Part shown: piece after piece, positions 46,001 to 54,543 of the stretch
Layout of the letters: every line of letters begins with the position of its first letter
Position numbering within the stretch: the stretch's first letter is position 1
Assembly (NCBI GenBank): GCA_900317285.1
Contig: ONGA01000011.1
Location: 4,107-68,106 of the forward strand
Source of the DNA: an uncultured Bacteroidales bacterium
Lineage (GTDB): Bacteria; Bacteroidota; Bacteroidia; Bacteroidales; P3
Direction: 5' to 3'
DNA: 64,000 nt
Notes under the pieces: model-generated
Told to the model about the DNA's origin: nothing
The model's database searches: none
Seen by the model: only the letters and a program-made list of their open reading frames with translations
Translations under genes and position numbers: made by a program

Positions 46001-48621
46001 AGTTCTACCCCTGGCGCTACGGCAATCACCCCTTGACTTTATGGAATCAGTTCCGTCCCCTGACCACCCCCTATTATCAGGAAATCAACCTCCTGCACTA
46101 CGACATTGCCGATTACTACAAACTCAACCTCGCCGAGGGCCTTTTCCGCCGCTACGATGGGGTGGAGGTCTTCGCCATCTCCATGGATGAATCTCGCGCC
46201 GTCAAGTCCACCGCCACCGCCCGCGGCGAGAGCGGCATGGTCACCATGCAGGGCAATGTTCGCAAACGGACGGGCGTCAACGTCAACAGTGCAAAGATGG
46301 CCGTGCAGACAGCCGATGCTGTTGAACTCGAGGAAGAAGCTGCACTCGAAGCGCCGGCGGCCGACTTAGTGGAGACTTCCGAAGTCAAGCTCCGCACCAA
46401 CCTCAACACATTGGCCTTCTTTGTCTCCGACCTCCGCATTGACTCCACAGGCACCGCCATCTACCGCTTCCGTGTGCCTGAGTTGCTCACTCGCTGGAGC
46501 ATCAAAGGGTTGGCTTTCACCGACGACCTCAAGATCGGTACCTTCGACAAAACCCTCGTCACCCAGAGGTCCCTCATGGTGCAGCCCAACATCCCGCGTT
46601 TCCTCCGGCAGGGCGACAGCATCGTGATGATGGCGAAGGTGATGAACCTCACCGACACTGCGCGAAAGGTGAGGGTGCTGTTTACTCTGAATAATCCGAA
46701 TACTCCAAATAATCCGAATAATCTGATTACCAAAATCTATCAGGTGGTTAACGTTCCTGCCCAAGGTTCCAAGCAGGTGACATTCCCTTTCCATAACCTG
46801 CCTCGTGACCTTTATGTGGCCACCTACGAAATCACGGCCCAGACCTGCGACGAGCATGGTCCGCAATACAGCGACGGCGAGCGCGGTCAGATCCCTGTGC
46901 TCCCCAACCGTCAGGCCGTCACCCTCTCGCAACCCATATATATCAACGGAGCAGGCGAGAAAACATACCGCTTTAACATTTCGCCTTCAACCTCCACTGC
47001 TACCCCTCAATTCCTTGGCGCCGAACTTGTCAGCAATCCTGCCTGGCTTGCCATCAAAGCAATGCCCTACTTGAATGACATGGAGAACCCCTCCAACCTT
47101 TTCCTTGCCAACCGCCTCTATGTCAACACCCTCGCCAGCAGCATCCTTCAAGACTTTAAGGGCCTCAAGGACATTAGTGCCCTTTGTGACACCTCCAACA
47201 CCCGCCTCAAAATCAATGCCGACATCAAGCAGACACTGATAGAGTCCACCCCATGGCTGCGTGACGCCGAGTCCGAGATGGAGCAGCGCAAGGCTATTGC
47301 CAACTACTTCGACTCCAGTCGTATGACAGAAGAATTCTCAACCCTTACTTCACAGCTCTCCATGCGTCAGAATGACGATGGTGGCTGGAGTTGGATACAC
47401 GGCGGCGAGAGCTCTCTCTGGGTCACCCGACAAATTCTGAAGAGACTCGTAACCCTGAAATCAGAACCCATCACGGAAAATGCTCTCGCATACGTCGATA
47501 GGGAGGAGAAGCTCTACTATGACAAATACGTCAAGCCGCACCTCAAAAAGGACTATCAATGGGCTCCCGACAACATCGACTACCTCTATACCCGCTCCTT
47601 CTATGGCAAGGGGCGCACCGAGGCTTACAAGTTCTACTACAAGAATGCCTTGAAGAACTACAAGCAATACAACAACCTCTATACCCAGGCCCAGCTGGCG
47701 CTCGTCTTCCATCGTCACGGCGACCGCAAGGCTGCACGCGACATCATACGCCGCCTCAAGGAGAAGTGTCTCGTAAGCGACGAGATGGGCATGTATTGGC
47801 GTGACAACCGTAGCGGCTGGTTCTGGTACGAGCGTCCCGTGGAGACGCAGGCGCTTCTTATCCAGGCATTTTCCGAGGTCACTCCGCGCGACACCGCCGC
47901 CATTGCCCTCATGCAACAGTGGCTGCTCAAGCAAAAGCAGGCCACTCACTGGGGCAACGACCGTGCCACCGTGGAAGCCATCAAAGCCCTGACCTTGTCT
48001 GGCAATACTGTTGATACTAGCAATGCAGAGCCCACGCTCACCGTCTGCGGAATGCCTCTTTCCAACCCCTCCGAAGGTCTCGAGGGCTACCGCTCGCAGC
48101 GTTGGACCAATGCTTCACTTGACAGTGTCATCGCGCTGGGCGACAGCACGGTAACCATCCGCAAGGAGACTCCCGGTATCGCCTGGGGAGCCGTCTATTT
48201 CCAGTACACCGACGACATGGACAAGGTTCCCTCCACCGAGAGTGGCATTTCCATCAGGCGCACCTATCTCTGTGCTGGAAATTGGAAAGTGGGTGATAGG
48301 GTGAAGGTCCGTATTGAGATTTCCTGCGACCGCACCATGGAGTACCTCGAACTCATCGACGGCCGCCCCTCGTGCGTCGAGCCGGTCAGCACCCGTTCGG
48401 GCTGGATGTGGAATCAGGGTCTTCGCTATTATGTCGAGGTCAAAAACTCTGCCACCCACTGCTACATCAACCGACTCGAGAAGGGTGATTATATCGTTGA
48501 GTATGATGCCTTTGTCACCAATCCGGGCACCTTCCTCGCTCCCCCCTCTGTCATCCAGTGCCTCTATGCTCCGGAATTCAGAGCCACCTCGCCAGCCTCC
48601 CGCCTAGCGGTGCAAAAGTGA
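43048..48621 (+). CDS. alpha-2-macroglobulin family protein (MG domains + TED-like domain), no thioester motif
   Basis: 1857 aa. Signal peptide. NDDGGWSW and ERPVETQALLIQAF TED-type motifs. No C-x-E-Q found anywhere in the translation. Confidence 0.8.
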   Translation: MKTNKTLRTWLAASFLLLAVPHGMAQTNWEKVEKLLNDGSPKSAYSQAETVFKKTTSSPDLLTAAWYMARASAQYQEDCFESSEARFRQILPRLEAPERAVCYAFLGESDSALLDEELLKKTSSDRISRFCWKVNDKDLKGVNLTPTAFDVVALSILSDEPGKRALMQKLIDFHQGDDDFIRITLDLKLLDMQGYNPRSVRYQERVQGYINKYRGSSCPLLAQLYHRMAEHLSNNGRKVEALSYCDTAIALFPKSFGGGNCANLRSTICREYIGFNYSSEGTAYPDRPSLHSLSCNNLSRIHFAVYPFKGKDVDKFIKRLPKAVHRWSLEVNDDGSHNAHDLIFSVPALPMGRYVLMASADEKFNDGDAYMTLECCDFAICNVGNGEFMMLDVVSGAPIKGQKVVLLYYYEKKTFDTVSTQADGRFSIPANKYVESLCIERGGVTFERNVWTYGRETLEERKQNVDAHVVFDRPIYRPGDTVHYAAVLYKTDRVDGRVASNRGVTLKIYDPFRNDVERLSLFADDHGVVSATFVLSKDAMPGNWSADLSSGDYSTHSYFRVEEYKQPKFMVSLEQPKVAPAFGQTYTLRGLAKAYSGANISDAKVKYTVSRTCNMFRRNGTSTDTSFTDSTVTAADGSFEIPFTPMPDTSLYALYRSVYRYTVRVDVTDLNGETHNASYSVHVGYVNKQISLADNKERTNELPAIRYSYSDLNGNPLEGDITFKIELLRLPDPVKLTPSVIRNNPQAEMTLGRDEFLRLYPNYAYSAQENRLDNWQTDWSHHMQHHADGSKSTYSVDLKDMKLPSGEYRIVATVGEVADTLYVTLVHPRSRTLPTADLLWMDAPQEAEVCTTCTVRYASAFDGTQVFYVLMGPDGQEIDSRWLTADRRIRSISIPVDSSLLGSFKVQFVTIRDGVPWLDYRTVTVPFTHKKLVVDIATFRDKLQPGEQEEWTIKVKGGEQGTESTLLMTMYDDALNSYGGQPRWQFYPWRYGNHPLTLWNQFRPLTTPYYQEINLLHYDIADYYKLNLAEGLFRRYDGVEVFAISMDESRAVKSTATARGESGMVTMQGNVRKRTGVNVNSAKMAVQTADAVELEEEAALEAPAADLVETSEVKLRTNLNTLAFFVSDLRIDSTGTAIYRFRVPELLTRWSIKGLAFTDDLKIGTFDKTLVTQRSLMVQPNIPRFLRQGDSIVMMAKVMNLTDTARKVRVLFTLNNPNTPNNPNNLITKIYQVVNVPAQGSKQVTFPFHNLPRDLYVATYEITAQTCDEHGPQYSDGERGQIPVLPNRQAVTLSQPIYINGAGEKTYRFNISPSTSTATPQFLGAELVSNPAWLAIKAMPYLNDMENPSNLFLANRLYVNTLASSILQDFKGLKDISALCDTSNTRLKINADIKQTLIESTPWLRDAESEMEQRKAIANYFDSSRMTEEFSTLTSQLSMRQNDDGGWSWIHGGESSLWVTRQILKRLVTLKSEPITENALAYVDREEKLYYDKYVKPHLKKDYQWAPDNIDYLYTRSFYGKGRTEAYKFYYKNALKNYKQYNNLYTQAQLALVFHRHGDRKAARDIIRRLKEKCLVSDEMGMYWRDNRSGWFWYERPVETQALLIQAFSEVTPRDTAAIALMQQWLLKQKQATHWGNDRATVEAIKALTLSGNTVDTSNAEPTLTVCGMPLSNPSEGLEGYRSQRWTNASLDSVIALGDSTVTIRKETPGIAWGAVYFQYTDDMDKVPSTESGISIRRTYLCAGNWKVGDRVKVRIEISCDRTMEYLELIDGRPSCVEPVSTRSGWMWNQGLRYYVEVKNSATHCYINRLEKGDYIVEYDAFVTNPGTFLAPPSVIQCLYAPEFRATSPASRLAVQK
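46690..46727. repeat. 9-bp AATAATCCG stutter in frame inside the A2M gene
   Basis: aataatccgaatactccaaataatccgaataatctgat encodes NNPNTPNNPNNLI. Confidence 0.75.
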
Positions 48622-48651
48622 TATTTTTTTGCTCAGTTAACAAACATTTCG

Positions 48652-48659
48652 TATATTTG
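48652..48659 (+). promoter_or_regulatory. -7 promoter box (TATATTTG)
   Basis: cgtatatttgcatc, 80 nt upstream of ATG 48739. Confidence 0.4.
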
Positions 48660-48738
48660 CATCCTGTCCCCAGCCCCTACTTTCCGAAGAAAGGGTTGAG
48701 CCTTAATGTTATAGACACGAATAAAAGCACTATCATAT

Positions 48739-49989
48739 ATGAATAACAATAATAAAAATATCACCCCCTGCCACGTCGACGTCTCCTCGGAGACCGGACG
48801 CCTCCGCGCCGTCCTTCTCCACCGTCCGGGAGCCGAAATCGAACGCATGACTCCCCTCAACGCCGCCGAAGCGCTCTACAGCGACATCCTCAACAAGCCC
48901 ATCGTGGACAGCGAGTACCACTATTTCAGCGGTGTGCTCAACAAATGGACCGACGTCTACTATGTGGAGGATATCCTCGAGAGCCTCCTCCAAGAGCCCG
49001 CCGTCCGCCAGCACCTCGTGGGCGAGAGCTGCCGCATGGACGGCTGCACGCAGCTGGTGCCGCAACTCATGGACCTCGACCCCAAGCAGCTCGCTACCAT
49101 CCTCATCCAGGGCTACGAGAACCCCCGCTGGGACGCCCAGAATGCCGACGACCGCTACCTGCTGAAGCCGCTCTACAACCTCTTCTTCACCCGCGACGCC
49201 TCCTCGACGGTCTACGACCGCGTGCTCATCAACTCGATGAGCTTCAAGGTGCGTGAGCGCGAGACCCTCATCTACGAGGCCATCTTCAAGGACTTCTTCA
49301 AGGTGGACCTCCTCAACGCGCAGGCCCACGACCCGCAGGCCCGCACCGAAGGCGGCGACGTGCAGATTGCCGCCCCCGACCTCCTCTGCATCGGACAGGG
49401 CATCCGCACCAACGCCAAGGGTATCCGCTACCTGGCCGAAACCTTCGCCAAAGACCACCCTCACTTCCACATCCTCGCCCAGGAGCTCCCCATGAGTCCC
49501 GAGAGCTTCATCCACCTCGACATGGTGTTCACCTTCCTGGGCAAACACCAGTGCATGGCCTTCGAGCCCATGCTCAACAAGACAGGTCTCTTTGCCGGCA
49601 AGGCCACCACGCTCATCACCGTCGATAACGGCAAGATCACCTACACCGAGGTGCCCAACATCGTCAAGGGCCTTGAGCGGCTGGGCTGGGACATCGAACC
49701 CGTCACCGGTGGCGGCAGCGACCCCTGGAACCAGCTCCGCGAGCAGTGGCATTCCGGCTGCAACTTCTTCTCGCTTGGCGACGGCAAGGTCATAGGCTAC
49801 CGCCGCAACAGCCACACCATCGATGCCCTCGACCGCGCCGGGTTCGCCGTCCTCAACGCCGAGGACATCGTGGACGGCAAGGTTGATATGAACAATTACG
49901 ACAAGTTCGTCGCCGCCTTCCCGGGCAGCGAACTTCCCCGCGCCGGCGGCGGTGCCCGCTGCATGACGATGCCGATTTTGCGCGATTGA
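48739..49989 (+). CDS. arcA: arginine deiminase family (guanidino-group modifying) enzyme
   Basis: 416 aa. C-terminal catalytic Cys context GGGARCMTMPILRD. Confidence 0.75.
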   Translation: MNNNNKNITPCHVDVSSETGRLRAVLLHRPGAEIERMTPLNAAEALYSDILNKPIVDSEYHYFSGVLNKWTDVYYVEDILESLLQEPAVRQHLVGESCRMDGCTQLVPQLMDLDPKQLATILIQGYENPRWDAQNADDRYLLKPLYNLFFTRDASSTVYDRVLINSMSFKVRERETLIYEAIFKDFFKVDLLNAQAHDPQARTEGGDVQIAAPDLLCIGQGIRTNAKGIRYLAETFAKDHPHFHILAQELPMSPESFIHLDMVFTFLGKHQCMAFEPMLNKTGLFAGKATTLITVDNGKITYTEVPNIVKGLERLGWDIEPVTGGGSDPWNQLREQWHSGCNFFSLGDGKVIGYRRNSHTIDALDRAGFAVLNAEDIVDGKVDMNNYDKFVAAFPGSELPRAGGGARCMTMPILRD

Positions 49990-50042
49990 TTCCTCCTGCG
50001 AAGCGGGGAAAAAAGAGAGAAACTAACTAACTAACAATAAAA

Positions 50043-53000
50043 ATGAAACAGTATCATCTAGCCAACAACATCATCGGGTGGATAATCTGCGCGATTGCCT
50101 GCTCGGTGTACATCATGACTGCGGAAGCTACCGCCTCATGGTGGGACTGCGGCGAGTACATCGCCACCGCCTTCAAACTCCAAGTCGGCCACCCACCGGG
50201 AGCACCCACCTTCCAACTCCTCGGACGACTCTTCTCCATGTTCTCAAGCCCCGAAACAGCAGCCCACGCCGTCAACGTGATGAGCGCCATGTGTAGCGGC
50301 TTCACCATCATGTTCCTCTTCTGGGGAATCACGCTCCTGGGCAAACACCTCCTCCCGGACCCCAAGAACCCCAGCCTCAAGGACTGGAAAACCTGGGCGG
50401 TCTTCGCTGCCGGCATCGTCGGCTCCCTGGCCTACACCTTCAGCGACACCTTCTGGTTCTCCGCCGTCGAGGGCGAGGTCTACGCCATGAGTAGCTTCTT
50501 CACGGCACTCGTCTTCTGGGCGATACTCAAATGGGAGGAACAGAGCGACGAGCCCCACGCCCTGCGCTGGCTCATCCTCATCAGCCTGCTGGTGGGCGTC
50601 GCCATCGGCGTGCACCTGCTGAACCTGCTTACGGTTCCCGCCATCTTCTACGTCGTCTACTTCAAGAAATGGCCCAAGACCACCTGTAAGGGCTTCATCG
50701 CCACAGGTCTCATCTCCCTGGTCACCCTGGGTGTCATCCTCTGGGGCATCATCCCGGGCATCGTCAACGTCGACTCCGCGGTGGACGTCCTCTTCGTCAA
50801 CACCTTCAAGCTCCCCTTCAACAGCGGCACCATCTTCTTCTTCACACTGCTGACCGCCGTCGTCGTCTGGGGGCTCTGGTACACACGCAAGAAGAACCAC
50901 CCCGTCATCAATGCCGCCATCCTGAGCTTTGCAATGCTCGTCATCGGCTACTCCACCTTCTTCGTCCTCGTGATCCGCGCCAACACCAACACGCCCCTCA
51001 ACGAGAACGCCCCGAAGGATGCCGTCGCGATGCGTGCCTACCTGGGTCGCGAGCAGTACGGCGACACGCCCCTCTTCAGCGGCCAGTACTACACCGCCGG
51101 ACGCCCCATCGACACCGAGAAAGGCTACACCAAATACATCCGCGGCAAGGACGAGAAGGGCCGCGACCGCTACATCCCGGCTGCCCACGCCCTCAAGTTC
51201 GTCTACCGCGAGGACCACACCGGCTTCTTCCCCCGCATGTGGAGCAACGACAACACCCGCCAGCACCCCCGCTTCTACGAGTATTGGGCTGGCAAGGTCT
51301 ACGGCGACTCCAAACCCACCTTCGGGCAGAACCTCAAGTTCTTCAACCGCTATCAGCTCGGCTGGATGTACTGGCGTTACTTCATGTGGAACTTCGCCGG
51401 CAGGCAGAACGACATCCAGGGCCACTACTTCAACGGTGACGGTACGCGCGACTACCTCAACGGCAACTGGATCTCCGGCATCAACTTCATCGACGAGGCA
51501 CGCCTCGGACCCCAGGACAACCTCCCCGACGCAATGGCCCAGAACAAGGCTCGCAACGTCTACTACCTCCTGCCGCTCCTCCTCGGTATCCTCGGCCTCG
51601 TCTACCACCTGCGCCGTCACCCGAAGGACGCCTTCATCGTCTTCATCATGTTCTTCATGACGGGTCTCGCCATTGCCATCTACCTGAACATGCCCCCGCG
51701 CCAGCCGCGTGAACGCGACTACGCCTTCGTGGGCTCCTTCAGCTTCTTCGCCATCTGGATCGGTCTTGGAGTGATGGGTCTGGCGGAATGGGTGAGTGCC
51801 CTATTTAAAAAGAATAAGGAGAAAGTCTACAAGGTGGTGCTCCCCGTGGTCTTCGTCCTCAGCATGGCCGGTGTTCCCTGCCTCATGGCTGCCCAGAACT
51901 GGGACGACCACGACCGTAGCCAGAAGACCGCCGCCCGCGACTTCGCCCAGAACTACCTCAAGAGCATCAAGAAGAACGGCATCCTTGTCACCTTCGGCGA
52001 CAACGACACCTTCCCCCTCTGGTACGCCCAGGAGGTCGAGGGCACACGCACCGATGTGCGCATCCTCAACTACACCCTCTCCGGCATGTACTGGTATGTC
52101 GAGCAGCTCTACAACAAGCTCTATGAGAGCGAAGCGCTGCCCTTCACCCTGCCCAAGGAGTTCTACGGCCTCGGTAACGACCAGACAATCATCATGGACC
52201 GCTCCGCCGACTTCCTCGAAGTCTCCGATGTGCTCGCCATGATGCGCGACTACCCCGAGCGTTTCACCTTCACCGACCAGCGCAGCGGCGAGAAGCTCCA
52301 CTACATCCCCACCAAGCGCTTCAAGATTACGCTCGACATCCCCGCTCTGGTGAAGGCTGGCGTCATTCCCGCCGAGATTGCCGACCAGGTCAATCCCGAA
52401 ATCCGCTGGGAAATCAACGTCAAATCGGGTGCCCTCTACCGCCACGAGCTCATGCTGCTCGATATCATCGGTACTAACAAGTTCATGCGCGACATCAACT
52501 TCGGTAACCCCAATTCGAGCGGCATTCCCGACGTCTTCCCGATGATCAGCTCCTACACCATCCAGGACGGCTTGAACTACAAGATGATCCCCTATCCGAA
52601 GCAGCAACGTTTCACCAACACCAGCGCCGACTACTTCATCAACGGTGTCGACGGCCAGGAGCTGAAATGGGGCAACCTCGACCGCGACATCTATGTCGAC
52701 CCCGTCAGCAGCCAGCAGTTCGCTGTGGCGCTGCAGCAGACCCTGATGGCGCTGGCAAGCGAGGAGCATGCCAAGGGTAACGACGACAAGGCCCGCAAGC
52801 TCATCGAGATCTACGAGAAGAACTTCCCCGAGAAGAACTTCCCCGCCGACCTCTACCATGTCTATGTCCCCCTGTCGGGCAACAACTACATCGACATCGT
52901 CAACCTCTACAAGGAGGTGATGGGTGTTGAGCACGCCAAGCGCCTCTGGCAGTCGGTCTTCACCTACTACGACCAGGAGATTGCCTACCTCTCCCGCTTC

Positions 53001-53162
53001 CAGGGCGAGAAGACCGCCGGTGCACGCTCGGTGCTCGGACAGGACCTCAAGATTATGGCCGAACTGCGGCGTATGGCTGCCAACAGCCTCGGCGACAGCG
53101 CTCTCACCCAGCAGTGCGAGGCCGTGCTGGCTCCCTACGCCAACCTTATGTATACCGAATGA
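50043..53162 (+). CDS. DUF2723-type large polytopic membrane protein (PMT/STT3-like glycosyltransferase superfamily)
   Basis: 1039 aa. N-terminal WWDCGEYIATAFKLQVGHPPGAPTFQLLGRLF. More than 10 TM segments plus a soluble C-terminal domain. Confidence 0.7.
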   Translation: MKQYHLANNIIGWIICAIACSVYIMTAEATASWWDCGEYIATAFKLQVGHPPGAPTFQLLGRLFSMFSSPETAAHAVNVMSAMCSGFTIMFLFWGITLLGKHLLPDPKNPSLKDWKTWAVFAAGIVGSLAYTFSDTFWFSAVEGEVYAMSSFFTALVFWAILKWEEQSDEPHALRWLILISLLVGVAIGVHLLNLLTVPAIFYVVYFKKWPKTTCKGFIATGLISLVTLGVILWGIIPGIVNVDSAVDVLFVNTFKLPFNSGTIFFFTLLTAVVVWGLWYTRKKNHPVINAAILSFAMLVIGYSTFFVLVIRANTNTPLNENAPKDAVAMRAYLGREQYGDTPLFSGQYYTAGRPIDTEKGYTKYIRGKDEKGRDRYIPAAHALKFVYREDHTGFFPRMWSNDNTRQHPRFYEYWAGKVYGDSKPTFGQNLKFFNRYQLGWMYWRYFMWNFAGRQNDIQGHYFNGDGTRDYLNGNWISGINFIDEARLGPQDNLPDAMAQNKARNVYYLLPLLLGILGLVYHLRRHPKDAFIVFIMFFMTGLAIAIYLNMPPRQPRERDYAFVGSFSFFAIWIGLGVMGLAEWVSALFKKNKEKVYKVVLPVVFVLSMAGVPCLMAAQNWDDHDRSQKTAARDFAQNYLKSIKKNGILVTFGDNDTFPLWYAQEVEGTRTDVRILNYTLSGMYWYVEQLYNKLYESEALPFTLPKEFYGLGNDQTIIMDRSADFLEVSDVLAMMRDYPERFTFTDQRSGEKLHYIPTKRFKITLDIPALVKAGVIPAEIADQVNPEIRWEINVKSGALYRHELMLLDIIGTNKFMRDINFGNPNSSGIPDVFPMISSYTIQDGLNYKMIPYPKQQRFTNTSADYFINGVDGQELKWGNLDRDIYVDPVSSQQFAVALQQTLMALASEEHAKGNDDKARKLIEIYEKNFPEKNFPADLYHVYVPLSGNNYIDIVNLYKEVMGVEHAKRLWQSVFTYYDQEIAYLSRFQGEKTAGARSVLGQDLKIMAELRRMAANSLGDSALTQQCEAVLAPYANLMYTE

Positions 53163-53425
53163 TGAAAAGTATGAAGAAGCCCCGGGTGAAACGCTACACA
53201 CTGACGCTGTCGGAGATGGAGATGCGTCGGCTGAACGTCTATGCCGAACAGAGCGGCATCGACCGCCCGACTGCGCTCCACCGCATCGTGAGCCAGGCGC
53301 TGCGCCAAATCGAGCTCTCGTCGCAGGGTCAGTGTGATGCCAATCAGCTGGGGCTCTTCGACTCACTTCAGATTGATATCTTCAACAACACCTCGCGTGT
53401 TGATGAACTAGGAAGCAAGAAATAA
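53162..53425 (+). CDS. small ribbon-helix-helix-like protein
   Basis: MKSMKKPRVKRYTLTLSEMEMRRLNVYAEQSGIDRPTALHRIVSQAL. Start is ambiguous (ATG at 53159, 53162 or 53171) and overlaps the upstream stop. Confidence 0.5.
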   Translation: MKSMKKPRVKRYTLTLSEMEMRRLNVYAEQSGIDRPTALHRIVSQALRQIELSSQGQCDANQLGLFDSLQIDIFNNTSRVDELGSKK

Positions 53426-53430
53426 GAAGA

Positions 53431-54516
53431 ATGAAAAAGAGACTGTTAAGTTTGCTGATGCTGCTCTTCATGGCCGCGCCGTTCACCTCGCGGGCCGAAG
53501 AGGCGTTCGAGCCGGGCTCGATGATCATCGGTCACGTGACCGACGCCCATTCGTGGCACCTCTTCGACTACAAGTCGTCCGACGGTACGGAGCACGCTGT
53601 GGCGATACCGCTGCCCGTCATCCTCATCAGGGACGGACATCTGGACGTCTTCATGTCCAGCAAGTTCCACCACGGGCACGCCGACTACAAGGGCTACCGC
53701 CTCGTCGGGGGCGGCGCCTCCAAGGAGGAGGTGGCCTGTGTGGGTGCCGACGGCGAGTTGCTGCTCGATACCGAGGGCAACATCGTGAAACCCACCGACT
53801 TGAGCATCACCAAGACCTCCGCGGCCATCATCATCGCCGTCATCCTGCTCATCATCATCGTCTTCATCGCGAAGGCGGGCTACAAGAAGCGCCCCAACCA
53901 GGCGCCCAAGGGGCTGCAGAGCCTCGTCGAGCTCCTCGTGGTCTTTGTGCGCGACAGCATCGCCAAACCCATGATAGGGGAGGAGAAGCACCGCAAATAC
54001 CTGCCCTATCTGCTCACCCTCTTCTTCTTCATCTTCTTCTGCAACATCCTCGGTCTCATACCCTTCTTCCCCGCGGGAGCCAACATCACCGGCAACCTCG
54101 CCGTGACGGCCACCCTGGCGGTCATCACCTTCCTCATCACCAACCTCAGCGGCAACCGCCACTACTGGGCCGACATCTTCAACACTCCCGGCGTCCCCGC
54201 CTGGCTCAAGGTCTTCCCCCTGATGCCGGTGGTCGAGCTCGTGGGTGTCTTCACCAAGCCCATCGTGCTGATGATCCGACTCTTCGCCAACATGACGGCG
54301 GGTCACATCGTCATCCTCGGTTTCATGGTTATCATATTCATTATGAGCAACCTGTTCGGAGTCGGGGTGGGCGCCGGCGTGAGTGTGGTGAGCGTGCTCT
54401 TCAGCGTCTTCATTTCGCTGCTTGAGTGCCTGGTGGCTTACATCCAGGCTTTCGTTTTCACGATGCTCACGGCCCTCTACATCGGCATGGCCGTCGAAGA
54501 GCCCGAAACCCATTGA
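53431..54516 (+). CDS. atpB: F0F1 ATP synthase subunit a (Bacteroidota form with N-terminal extension), apparently orphan here
   Basis: 361 aa. Essential Arg context LMIRLFANMTAGHIV. NILGLIPFFPAGANITGN. No atpE/F/H/A/G genes follow. Confidence 0.8.
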   Translation: MKKRLLSLLMLLFMAAPFTSRAEEAFEPGSMIIGHVTDAHSWHLFDYKSSDGTEHAVAIPLPVILIRDGHLDVFMSSKFHHGHADYKGYRLVGGGASKEEVACVGADGELLLDTEGNIVKPTDLSITKTSAAIIIAVILLIIIVFIAKAGYKKRPNQAPKGLQSLVELLVVFVRDSIAKPMIGEEKHRKYLPYLLTLFFFIFFCNILGLIPFFPAGANITGNLAVTATLAVITFLITNLSGNRHYWADIFNTPGVPAWLKVFPLMPVVELVGVFTKPIVLMIRLFANMTAGHIVILGFMVIIFIMSNLFGVGVGAGVSVVSVLFSVFISLLECLVAYIQAFVFTMLTALYIGMAVEEPETH

Positions 54517-54543
54517 TTTTAACCCATTAAATCCATAAATCCT

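Noticed and set aside
43048-48621. Thioester (CxEQ) site in the alpha-2-macroglobulin homologue
   Set aside because: I scanned every Cys context in the translation and none is followed by x-E-Q. The position before the TED helices reads PYLNDMENPSN.
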